Shown: in pieces, positions 26,277-33,768 of the stretch
Position numbering within the stretch: position 1 is the stretch's first letter
Layout of the letters: each line of letters begins with the position of its first letter
Source: Actinomycetota bacterium
GTDB lineage: Bacteria > Actinomycetota > JAHEXW01 > JBAQMN01
Length of the DNA: 33,768 nucleotides
Assembly: GCA_049302895.1 (NCBI GenBank)
Contig: JBAQMN010000034.1
Location: forward strand, 1-33,768
Direction: 5' to 3'
The notes under the pieces: model-generated
What the model saw: the letters and a program-made list of their open reading frames with translations, nothing else
Databases searched by the model: none
Told to the model about the DNA's origin: nothing
Program-made: the position numbers and the translations under genes

Positions 26277-26447
26277 ATGAAAGGCCCGAAGTCTGTCAAT
26301 CGCTGCCAGCAGTGCGGTTATACCTCTGTCCAGTGGCTGGGTCGTTGCCCCGAGTGCGGAGGGTGGAATACCTTCGCTTCCGAGCCTGTTTCTTCTCCAA
26401 ATAACTCTTCAAGTAAGAGCTTTTCCTTCGGTAACAATCACCTTTGA
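26277..26447 (+). pseudogene. radA: radA/sms remnant: N-terminal C4 zinc-ribbon only (56 codons)
   Basis: ATG 3 nt after the clpC stop. MKGPKSVNRCQQCGYTSVQWLGRCPECGGWNTF matches the RadA zinc-finger (C-x2-C-x10-C-x2-C-G-x-WNT). The ORF stops at TGA 26445-26447, and disA starts at 26519. There is no room for the RecA-like ATPase or the Lon-like domain. Confidence 0.75.
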
Positions 26448-26518
26448 ATAAATATCAGTAAAAAAGTCTTCGGAAAGCTGTAGAGAATCACTCTCTAAGG
26501 TCGCTAGGGGGAAATTGG

Positions 26519-27568
26519 ATGGTGAAGGAAGAGGACGAGAAGCTGTTAGGGGTTCTGAAGACACTCGCGCCAGGGACGCCCTTGAGGGCGGCTTTGGATC
26601 AGATAATTCAGTACAGAAATGGTGCGTTGATTGTTCTCGGAGACACCCCGGCCGTCCTCTCCATTGCTCACGGTGGATTCGAGATTGACACCGATTTTGC
26701 ACCTATAAAACTCTATGAGCTGGCCAAGATGGACGGGGCGATAGTTATCTCCTCCGACCTCTCAAAGATTATCAAAGCCAATGTTCACCTGGTGCCAGAT
26801 CTTTCCCTTCCCACCAGTGAGACAGGAATGCGGCAGCGCACCGCCGAGCGGGTGGCTCGACAAACAGGGGTACCGGTCGTATCTATATCGGAAGATCTCG
26901 GAAATATCTTCTTGTACGTGGGCGACATTAAGTATATCCTGGTGGACATTCGTTTGCTAATGGCCAGGGCAAATCAGGCACTGCAGACCCTGGAAAAATA
27001 CAAAGCTCGATTGGACCAGGTGATATCCAATCTAGACACGCTCGAGTTCAAGGACATGGTGACTCTGTCTGACGTGGCCTCTGTGGTTCAGCGAGCCGAG
27101 ATGGTTCAGCGGGTTTCGAGAGAGACAGAGAGGTATATTATCGAGTTGGGAGAGGAAGGACGTCTTGTCCGGATGCAGCTTGATGAGCTCGTAGGGAGCG
27201 TCAGGGAAGATTATCTCCAAACGGTCAGAGACTACTGCCGCCTTCGGGGTAAAAGAACGGTAGAGGCAGTCATGCGCGAGATTTCTCTCTTCTCCATGGA
27301 CGAGCTGCTTGACCTTGAGAACGTGGCTCATTCTTTAGGGTACAGGGGCGAGGAACTCGAAAACCTCACCTCCCCCAAGGGCTATCGGCTCTTGAGAAGG
27401 ATTCCTCAGATACCTCCACCGGTGGTGGATAATATTGCTAACCGGTTTGGCAGTTTGAAAAGGATAACGTTAGCCTCTGTAAGCGAGCTTGACGAGGTAG
27501 CCGGCGTAGGCGAAGCTCGTGCCAGAGCGCTTCAGGAAGGATTGAAGAGGCTGCGAGCAACAAGTTAG
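26519..27568 (+). CDS. disA: DNA integrity scanning protein DisA (diadenylate cyclase domain + helical spine + HhH)
   Basis: LAPGTPLR, LYELAKMDGAIV (DGA motif), SETGMRQRTAERVARQTG, and C-terminal ELDEVAGVGEARA (HhH). Collinear with my recollection of B. subtilis DisA. Confidence 0.9.
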   Translation: MVKEEDEKLLGVLKTLAPGTPLRAALDQIIQYRNGALIVLGDTPAVLSIAHGGFEIDTDFAPIKLYELAKMDGAIVISSDLSKIIKANVHLVPDLSLPTSETGMRQRTAERVARQTGVPVVSISEDLGNIFLYVGDIKYILVDIRLLMARANQALQTLEKYKARLDQVISNLDTLEFKDMVTLSDVASVVQRAEMVQRVSRETERYIIELGEEGRLVRMQLDELVGSVREDYLQTVRDYCRLRGKRTVEAVMREISLFSMDELLDLENVAHSLGYRGEELENLTSPKGYRLLRRIPQIPPPVVDNIANRFGSLKRITLASVSELDEVAGVGEARARALQEGLKRLRATS

Positions 27569-27645
27569 GAAATATACAGATTTAATCTTTACGATAAAGT
27601 TCCTGTTGTGATAAAATGAGCTCGTAAACACGGGAGGCGGGTATC

Positions 27646-28119
27646 ATGTTCAAGTGCGGAGACAAAGTGGTTTGTCCCCCTCACGGTGCTGCTCTAATCG
27701 AAGACATACAGGAAAAATGGGTTTTCGGAGAGAAAAGGACCTACTTCATACTCAAACCCTTCTACGGCCAAATGACAATTATGGTACCCGTCGACAGGAC
27801 TGATGATGTGGGTCTCCGCAAAGTGGTGGAAGCTACGCGTATAAATGATGTTTTAGAGGTCCTCAAAGGCGACGAATCCGATCTTCCCGAAAACTGGAGC
27901 CACCGATTCAAAGAAAACTGGGAGAAACTCTCCACCGGTGATATCATGCAAGTGGCCGAGGTGGTGAGGGATCTCTCTTCCTTAGAGCGTAGAAAGAACC
28001 TTTCGGTTAAGGAAAAGGACATGCTTTCCCACGCTCGCCGCATATTGATCAGCGAGCTTATTTTTGCCCAGGGCGTGGAGGAAAAAGAGGCTATAGAGAC
28101 CATCGAATCGTTCCTGTAA
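27646..28119 (+). CDS. carD: CarD/CdnL family transcriptional regulator
   Basis: MFKCGDKVVCPPHGAALIEDI... Tudor-like N-domain, ...NWSHRFKEN...GDI..VAEVVRDL. 157 aa. The position upstream of ispD-ispF matches other Gram-positives. Confidence 0.85.
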   Translation: MFKCGDKVVCPPHGAALIEDIQEKWVFGEKRTYFILKPFYGQMTIMVPVDRTDDVGLRKVVEATRINDVLEVLKGDESDLPENWSHRFKENWEKLSTGDIMQVAEVVRDLSSLERRKNLSVKEKDMLSHARRILISELIFAQGVEEKEAIETIESFL

Positions 28120-28188
28120 GCTGCTAACTTTCAAGAGGGGGTGAAACGTCGAAATTGGTTATAAAAACTTAATATTCGAGGTGTACTA

Positions 28189-29259
28189 ATGATTCTTTTC
28201 GTCCGCATTGTCTTAATCCTGATTGGCGCGGCGGCCGGAGGTTTATTAGGCAACTTCTTGGGAGAAAGTCTAATCCGTGACATTCAATTAGTTGTACGCG
28301 GTCTTCTTATTTTTTTAGGAATCATAGTTCTGGGCGGATTAGGATACGTAATAGGCGGCGCTATCGGTCGCGCGCTGCAGAGATTTTTTGTCTGGCTTGA
28401 GAAAGTTGTTCAGAGGATTCCCGGAATCGATCTCTTGGCCGGTGTCGCCGGTCTGATAATCGGTTTAATAATAGCTTTTCTTCTCTCCTTTGGCCTGAAC
28501 TTAATTCCCTTTTTTGGTCGATACCTGGCTGTTCTAACCTTCCTTATCCTCAGCTATCTGGGCTTTTTTGTCGGGCTTCGAAAGAAGGAGGACCTGGCGC
28601 ATCTCGTCCGTTTTGGGAGAGGAAAGGCTCCCGCTCCTGGCTATTCTGAGCTAAAGAGGATGCAGGTTACCCCCAAGATTGTCGACACCAGCTCGGTAAT
28701 TGATGGGCGGATAGCCGACATCTTCAGGACTGGGTTTATGGAAGGGCCGATCGTGATACCCCGCTTTGTGCTTGATGAAGTGCATGCGATTGCGGATTCA
28801 CCAGACACTCTGAGGCGTAACAGAGGCCGCCGAGGGCTGGATGTTCTAAATGCACTCCAGAAGGAGAAAGAGACCCACATCGAGATAATGGAGAAGGACT
28901 TTCCTGACATCATAGGGGTAGATAGTAAGCTTGTCAAACTGGCCAAAGAGTTAGACGCACCGATCTTGACTGTTGATTACAATCTTAATAAAGTGGCGAA
29001 ACTCCAAGGGGTTAAAGTCTTGAACGTCAACGAGCTGGCCAACGCGCTCAAGGCAATCGTCTTGCCGGGTGAGGAAATGCGGGTCAGAGTGGTCAGAGAG
29101 GGTAAAGAGGTCGGCCAGGGGGTGGCGTATCTTGACGATGGCACCATGATCGTTGTGGAAGAGGGCAGAAAACACATCGGCAAGGATATCGATGTCACGG
29201 TGACCAGCGTTTTGCAAACCCCGGCCGGACGGATGATATTTGTAAAGCCGAAGAGATGA
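28189..29259 (+). CDS. membrane-anchored PIN + TRAM domain protein (YacL-like)
   Basis: Four N-terminal hydrophobic helices, a PIN-like core (PKIVDTSSVIDGRI ... ILTVDYNLNKVA) and a C-terminal TRAM-like beta domain (GEEMRVRVVREGKE...GVAYLDDGTMIVVE). Confidence 0.8.
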   Translation: MILFVRIVLILIGAAAGGLLGNFLGESLIRDIQLVVRGLLIFLGIIVLGGLGYVIGGAIGRALQRFFVWLEKVVQRIPGIDLLAGVAGLIIGLIIAFLLSFGLNLIPFFGRYLAVLTFLILSYLGFFVGLRKKEDLAHLVRFGRGKAPAPGYSELKRMQVTPKIVDTSSVIDGRIADIFRTGFMEGPIVIPRFVLDEVHAIADSPDTLRRNRGRRGLDVLNALQKEKETHIEIMEKDFPDIIGVDSKLVKLAKELDAPILTVDYNLNKVAKLQGVKVLNVNELANALKAIVLPGEEMRVRVVREGKEVGQGVAYLDDGTMIVVEEGRKHIGKDIDVTVTSVLQTPAGRMIFVKPKR

Positions 29260-29948
29260 ATGTAACCATTATTCCGGCGGCGGGGAGGAGCAAGAGAATG
29301 GCCTCCCGCTCCAGCAAGCAGTTTTTGCTTCTGGACGGGATGCCTGTTCTTGCCCACACTTTGAAAGTGTTTGAGGAAAGCGAGGCCATCGATAAGGTTA
29401 TTGTGGTGGGCAACGCTAAGGATCTTGACTATTGCCGGAAGAAGATAATTGAGCGATATGGCTTCAAAAAGGTGTCAGATCTGGTCCGCGGGGGACGTCG
29501 CCGGCAGGATTCGGTTTTCAACGGGCTTAAAGCTCTTCCCGCCGAAACCGATCTTGTGCTAATTCACGATGGAGCTCGTCCCCTTGTTCCAGCGGAGTTG
29601 GTTAATAAAGCCGTTTCGGAGCTCAAGGGTTGGTCTGCTCTCGTTCCCGGGATCCCGGTTAAGGACACGATTAAAGTAGCAAGCCTAGACCGGTTTGTCA
29701 TGTACACTCTGGACAGACCTCGTCTCTTTCTCATTCAAACACCGCAGGTTTTTAAAGCTAAGGTTCTTCTGGAGGCGCACTGGCAGGCAAGGTCTGACGG
29801 TATCTGGGGAACCGACGATGCCATGTTGGTTGAGAGGTTAGGCATTCCGGTGAAGGTGATTGAGGGATCGGAGGAAAACATAAAGATAACTACGCCGGTA
29901 GATATCCTGATAGCGGAGGCTATTTTAGAGAGACGAAGAAAAAAATGA
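29256..29948 (+). CDS. ispD: 2-C-methyl-D-erythritol 4-phosphate cytidylyltransferase
   Basis: IIPAAGRSKRM, LIHDGARP, and QTPQ.F motifs. ATGA-type overlap with neighbours. Confidence 0.9.
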   Translation: MNVTIIPAAGRSKRMASRSSKQFLLLDGMPVLAHTLKVFEESEAIDKVIVVGNAKDLDYCRKKIIERYGFKKVSDLVRGGRRRQDSVFNGLKALPAETDLVLIHDGARPLVPAELVNKAVSELKGWSALVPGIPVKDTIKVASLDRFVMYTLDRPRLFLIQTPQVFKAKVLLEAHWQARSDGIWGTDDAMLVERLGIPVKVIEGSEENIKITTPVDILIAEAILERRRKK

Positions 29949-30430
29949 GAGTTGGTTTCGGATTCGACGCTCATCGTTTTGTGCGAGGGCGTCCTTTAAT
30001 CCTGGGTGGTGTCGAGATTCCCTTTTCCATGGGCTTAGAGGGTTTTTCCGATGCAGATGTACTTGTTCACGCCATTGCCGATGCACTTTTGGGGGCGATC
30101 TCCATAGGTGATCTCGGAGAACATTTCCCGCCAGGGGACCCTCGTTACAAAAACATTTCCAGTCTTATTCTACTTCAAAAAGTGAATGAGCTGCTGGCCC
30201 GCGAGGGGTATGAAATTATAAATTTAGACACCGTTTTGATTCTCCAGGAACCAAAGGTTGACAGATACCGGGAAGAGATGAAAGAAAAAATAGCTCAAAC
30301 CATTGGTTTAAATAAGGAAAGGGTAAGCATAAAGGCAACAACCACAGAGGGTTTAGGGTTTGCCGGGAGGGGCGAAGGAATCGGTGCCCAGGCCGTCGCC
30401 CTGGTTCAGAGAAAGACAGTCGATGTTTAA
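29945..30430 (+). CDS. ispF: 2-C-methyl-D-erythritol 2,4-cyclodiphosphate synthase
   Basis: [28 protein letters not shown], and ATTTEGLGF motifs. 161 aa. Confidence 0.93.
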   Translation: MRVGFGFDAHRFVRGRPLILGGVEIPFSMGLEGFSDADVLVHAIADALLGAISIGDLGEHFPPGDPRYKNISSLILLQKVNELLAREGYEIINLDTVLILQEPKVDRYREEMKEKIAQTIGLNKERVSIKATTTEGLGFAGRGEGIGAQAVALVQRKTVDV

Positions 30431-31073
30431 AACATTGAGAGACGATTTGAGAACGGCAAGGGAGAGGGATCCAGCTGCCGGGGGTTGGCTGGAGATCCTC
30501 CTTACGTATCCAGGAGTTCACGCCCTCTGGCTTCATCGGATTAATCACTTTCTCTTGAAGAAGAGGATTCCGCTGATTCCGCGGGCGCTCTCACAGCTCG
30601 GTCGGTTCTTGACCGGAATCGAAATCCATCCTGGTGCGAAGATAGGCAAGGGGTTCTTCATAGATCATGGAATGGGAGTGGTTATTGGAGAGACCACGGA
30701 GATCGGCGACAATGTGACCTTGTATCAGGGAGTGACACTAGGGGGAACTGGTAAGGAGAAGGGGAAGCGCCATCCCACTATTGGGAACAATGTGGTCATT
30801 GCGGCTGGAGCCAGAGTGTTGGGTGATATAACCATAGGAGATAACTCCACGGTGGGCGCGGGAGCGGTGGTGATCAGGTCGGTCCCGCCGAACTCCACGG
30901 TGGTGGGCGTTCCCGGCAGATTTGTGGTTCACCGGGGGAGGAGAGTTCCCACCATAGATCTCCACCACGAGAGAATGCCTGATCCCGTGACGGAGATGTT
31001 CCGCCATATTGAAAGGCGGATTGACCGGGTCGAGCACGATATCGAGGGGCTGGAAGGGAAGTTTCAAAAGTGA
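30423..31073 (+). CDS. cysE: serine O-acetyltransferase
   Basis: An N-terminus of [19 protein letters not shown] is typical for CysE. Hexapeptide repeats follow ([15 protein letters not shown]..., [15 protein letters not shown]). Start taken at the in-frame ATG 30423 (ATGTTTAA overlap with ispF) rather than the ORF-track start 30360. Confidence 0.88.
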   Translation: MFKTLRDDLRTARERDPAAGGWLEILLTYPGVHALWLHRINHFLLKKRIPLIPRALSQLGRFLTGIEIHPGAKIGKGFFIDHGMGVVIGETTEIGDNVTLYQGVTLGGTGKEKGKRHPTIGNNVVIAAGARVLGDITIGDNSTVGAGAVVIRSVPPNSTVVGVPGRFVVHRGRRVPTIDLHHERMPDPVTEMFRHIERRIDRVEHDIEGLEGKFQK

Positions 31074-32731
31074 GTCTCAGGGTATATAACACGCTTTCGC
31101 GACGGAAGGAGGAATTCAAACCGCGGGACAAGGGAAAGGTGGCCATGTATGTTTGTGGGCCAACGGTTTACTACTACATACACGTCGGAAATGCTCGCTG
31201 CTATCTAAACTTCGATGTCATTAAGCGATATCTTGAGTTCAAAGGATATGATGTTTTTCATGTTCAGAATTTCACCGACGTCGACGATAAAGTGATCAAC
31301 CAGGGGAAGGAAGAGGGTATTCCCGCTTCCGAAGTGGCGCAGAAATACACTCAAGCTTTTACTCACGACATGAATAATCTTAAGGTCAAACCGCCTGATC
31401 TCGCTCCAAAAGCCACTGAGTACATTCCTCACATGATAGATATGATCAAAACTCTAATTGAAAAGGGTTATGCGTACGAGGTGGATGGCGATGTCTATTT
31501 CGAGATCGCCAAGAAGTCCGACTATGGCAAGCTCGCGCACAGATCACCGGGGGAGATGGAGGCCGGGGCGAGGGTCGAGATCAATCCTCGAAAACACGAC
31601 CCGATGGACTTTGCCCTCTGGAAAAAAGCTAAACCTGGTGAGCCCAGCTGGGATAGCCCCTGGGGGAAAGGAAGGCCGGGCTGGCACATCGAGTGCTCGG
31701 CGATGTCCCTCAAACATCTGGGTATGTCTTTCGACATTCATGGGGGCGGGCAGGATCTCATATTTCCCCACCACGAAAACGAGATCGCTCAGTCCGAGAG
31801 TTTTGCCGGCAAGAAACCCTTCGTAAAATACTGGCTTCACAATGGCTTCATAAACATCGAGGGTGAAAAGATGGCCAAGTCTTTAGGAAACATCGTTTTG
31901 GTGCGAGACGTTTTGAAGAAGCACGACCCGGGGGCGGTGAAAATGCTTTTCCTGGGAACCCACTATCGAAGCCCTATAGATTTTAGTGAAAAGAAATTAG
32001 CGGAGGCGGCCAAAAGCTACGAGCGTCTTAATAACCTGGTGGGAAACCTGGAGCGGGTGATCAAGAGCTATAGAGGGCGGGGCCTGAGCGCCGATCACTC
32101 TGAGATTTCACAAAAAAGTGTGGTTGCGAAACTAAAGGAGATGCTCGCCCGCGGTTATGAGCACTTTGAAAGGGCGATGGACGACGACTTTAATACACCG
32201 AACGCTCTGGGAGCGCTTTTCGATTTGACGCGTGACGTCAATACATATATAGCTGGTAAGAAGGAGTTAACGGCTGATGAAGTAGACTTGTTAGAGGAGA
32301 TTAAAGGCGCTATTCTTGAATTAGGCGATGTTTTGGGCCTGGAGTTTGTCTCCTATATTACCCTCGACAAAGTCAAAGTTGTCCGCAAAGCCGAAGTTGG
32401 CGGAGAGGTCAAGGCCAAAGGTGCTATTAGGGATACACAGCCCAACTTTATTATGGGCGAAGAGAAGCCCATCTTGAGTGAATACTCGAAAAGGAGACTG
32501 GTCGAAGGTTGGATGCGATTTTCAGGGGCCAGGGATCGGGAGAGTTTGACCAAGGAAATTGAGCAAGATTTTTTCCGTTTTGTTCAGAACTTTAGAGATC
32601 TTAGGGATCAATACCGTTCTGAGAAAGATTGGGCGAAAGCCGATGAAATCAGGTCTTTTCTGGCTAAGCTGGACATAGTGCTGGAGGATACGAGGTATGG
32701 AACAAAAGCGAGAATTCGCCAGAAGTTCTGA
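31070..32731 (+). CDS. cysS: cysteine--tRNA ligase with an internal C-terminal insertion of about 70 aa
   Basis: [29 protein letters not shown] (HIGH), WHIECS, KMAKS (KMSKS), and a final DWAKADEIR...LEDT helix pair. At 553 aa it is longer than the roughly 460-470 aa of the E. coli and B. subtilis enzymes as I recall them. Confidence 0.93.
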   Translation: MSLRVYNTLSRRKEEFKPRDKGKVAMYVCGPTVYYYIHVGNARCYLNFDVIKRYLEFKGYDVFHVQNFTDVDDKVINQGKEEGIPASEVAQKYTQAFTHDMNNLKVKPPDLAPKATEYIPHMIDMIKTLIEKGYAYEVDGDVYFEIAKKSDYGKLAHRSPGEMEAGARVEINPRKHDPMDFALWKKAKPGEPSWDSPWGKGRPGWHIECSAMSLKHLGMSFDIHGGGQDLIFPHHENEIAQSESFAGKKPFVKYWLHNGFINIEGEKMAKSLGNIVLVRDVLKKHDPGAVKMLFLGTHYRSPIDFSEKKLAEAAKSYERLNNLVGNLERVIKSYRGRGLSADHSEISQKSVVAKLKEMLARGYEHFERAMDDDFNTPNALGALFDLTRDVNTYIAGKKELTADEVDLLEEIKGAILELGDVLGLEFVSYITLDKVKVVRKAEVGGEVKAKGAIRDTQPNFIMGEEKPILSEYSKRRLVEGWMRFSGARDRESLTKEIEQDFFRFVQNFRDLRDQYRSEKDWAKADEIRSFLAKLDIVLEDTRYGTKARIRQKF

Positions 32732-32735
32732 GAAA

Positions 32736-33350
32736 ATGAATTATGAACAGGTGAACGATGAGAGCCTTGTTCGGGTGGCTCAAAGCGGCGATGGCCGAGG
32801 CCTTGAAGTTTTGTTGGGCAAATACAAGGATCTGGCGAAGGCCAAAGCGAAAGCTTTCTTTTTGAGCGGGGCGGATCGAGAAGATTTGATTCAGGAAGGT
32901 ATGATTGGCCTCTTCAAGGCGATAAGGGATTTCGCTCCGGAGAAAGCAGTTTCTTTCCGGACCTTTGCCGAGCTTTGTATAGATCGCCAACTGGTGACGG
33001 CTGTTAGAACAGCCACGAGGAAGAAGCACATTCCTTTGAATTTCTACGTCTCGCTTGATAAACCCGTTAGTGTTGAGGGTGAGGAGAAGAAGTTATTAGT
33101 GGATACCCTCAGCGATATGGAAGTTTCAAATCCACTTTCCATACTGATAGGTGAGGAAGAGTTGGAAAGAACGTGGGCTTGCTTCAGGAATACTCTAACT
33201 GAACAAGAGATACGGGTGATCGACCTGAGAATGGTGGGAGAAAGTTATAGAGAGATTGCTGATAAACTCGGAATCTCTTATAAATCTGTCGATAACACGT
33301 TGCAAAGGGCCAAACACAAAATCAACAAGTGTCGCCAGTCCACTTCCTAG
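32736..33350 (+). CDS. sigH: RNA polymerase sigma-H factor (SigH/Spo0H type)
   Basis: DESLVRVAQSGD...LLGKYKDLAKAKAKAFFLSGADREDLIQEGMIGLFKAIRDF...SFRTFAELCIDRQLVTAVRTATRKKH closely follows the Firmicutes SigH pattern. Start taken at ATG 32736, just after the cysS stop; the ORF track starts at 32697. Confidence 0.85.
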   Translation: MNYEQVNDESLVRVAQSGDGRGLEVLLGKYKDLAKAKAKAFFLSGADREDLIQEGMIGLFKAIRDFAPEKAVSFRTFAELCIDRQLVTAVRTATRKKHIPLNFYVSLDKPVSVEGEEKKLLVDTLSDMEVSNPLSILIGEEELERTWACFRNTLTEQEIRVIDLRMVGESYREIADKLGISYKSVDNTLQRAKHKINKCRQSTS

Positions 33351-33431
33351 TGTTTCAACTGTGTCGGGGCCGCAAAGACAGAGTTGTTAGTAGTAAGTTG
33401 TGAGTTGTTTGTTCGCGAGCGAAGCGAGCGG

Positions 33432-33508
33432 GCCGGTGTAGCTCAACTGGAAGAGCAGCTGATTTGTAATCAGCAGGTTTGTGGGTTCGAGTCCCTCCAC
33501 CGGCTCCA
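33432..33508 (+). tRNA. tRNA-Thr (anticodon UGU), CCA encoded
   Basis: Acceptor gccggtg/caccggc. D arm gctc-aactggaa-gagc. Anticodon stem gctga/tcagc with loop ttTGTaa. T arm gtggg-ttcgagt-ccctc (one mismatch). Discriminator t plus cca. Confidence 0.85.
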
Positions 33509-33644
33509 GGCAGAATACTCTGCAGAGAACACACAAACCTCAGGGGGTTCTCTAAGGGGGAAGGATTCTCCGAGTTGTGCTATTTTCAGATATTCTGCTA
33601 TACTATATGTTTTGGCTCCTCTAAGGAGCTGGGTCGCGAGTGAC

Positions 33645-33730
33645 GGGGGGATGCCCGAGTGGTTAAAGGGAGCAGACTGTAAATCTGCCGGCGTATGCCT
33701 ACGGAGGTTCGAATCCTCCTCCCCCCACCA
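33645..33730 (+). tRNA. tRNA-Tyr (anticodon GUA), long variable arm, CCA encoded
   Basis: Acceptor gggggga/tcccccc. Anticodon stem gcaga/tctgc with loop ctGTAaa. Long variable arm. T arm ggagg-ttcgaat-cctcc. Discriminator a plus cca. Confidence 0.9.
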
Positions 33731-33768
33731 TTCTTCGCTGCGTTTGAGGCTCCGGCCATAGGCCTCCG

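Noticed and set aside
30360-30422. N-terminal extension of cysE given in the ORF track ([21 protein letters not shown])
   Set aside because: This part lies wholly inside ispF in another frame. The in-frame ATG at 30423 gives the canonical CysE N-terminus with a typical ATGTTTAA overlap.
33384-33761. 125-aa ORF at the 3' end of the window
   Set aside because: It spans both tRNA genes (Thr and Tyr) and the repeat-like spacer between them, so it is not coding.

Overview
This 33.8 kb window has every credible gene on the + strand. Most of it (5.25-33.7 kb) is a housekeeping block with Firmicutes/Bacillus-type origin-proximal gene order. The order is tilS-hpt-ftsH, then a cofactor string (folE-folP-folK-panC-panD-nadB-nadC-dedA-birA-bioY-DUF1284-coaX), then a tight three-gene operon of unknown function. 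After that come greA-lysS-clpC, a radA remnant, disA-carD-yacL-ispD-ispF-cysE-cysS-sigH, and tRNA-Thr plus tRNA-Tyr. The 5' end carries a truncated cation:proton antiporter gene. It is followed by a small accessory islet (about 0.86-5.25 kb) with two tandem AbiE-type (type IV toxin-antitoxin / abortive-infection) modules. The first module is visibly AT-rich, has a frameshifted toxin, and is bracketed by diverged 71-nt direct repeats. The second has host-like composition, a nuclease-like N-terminal domain on the AbiEi-type protein, and a nested palindromic operator. Points worth a second look: (1) the islet; (2) the HTH + 302-aa unknown + acyl-ACP-reductase-like operon at 19.1-21.6 kb; (3) radA reduced to its zinc-ribbon next to a disA whose RHR motif reads RQR; (4) several families of GC-rich palindromic intergenic repeats, one motif of which sits in frame inside nadB. 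No CRISPR array, rRNA, transposase or integrase was seen. All family assignments come from reading the translated ORFs by eye and recalling motifs. No database search was run.
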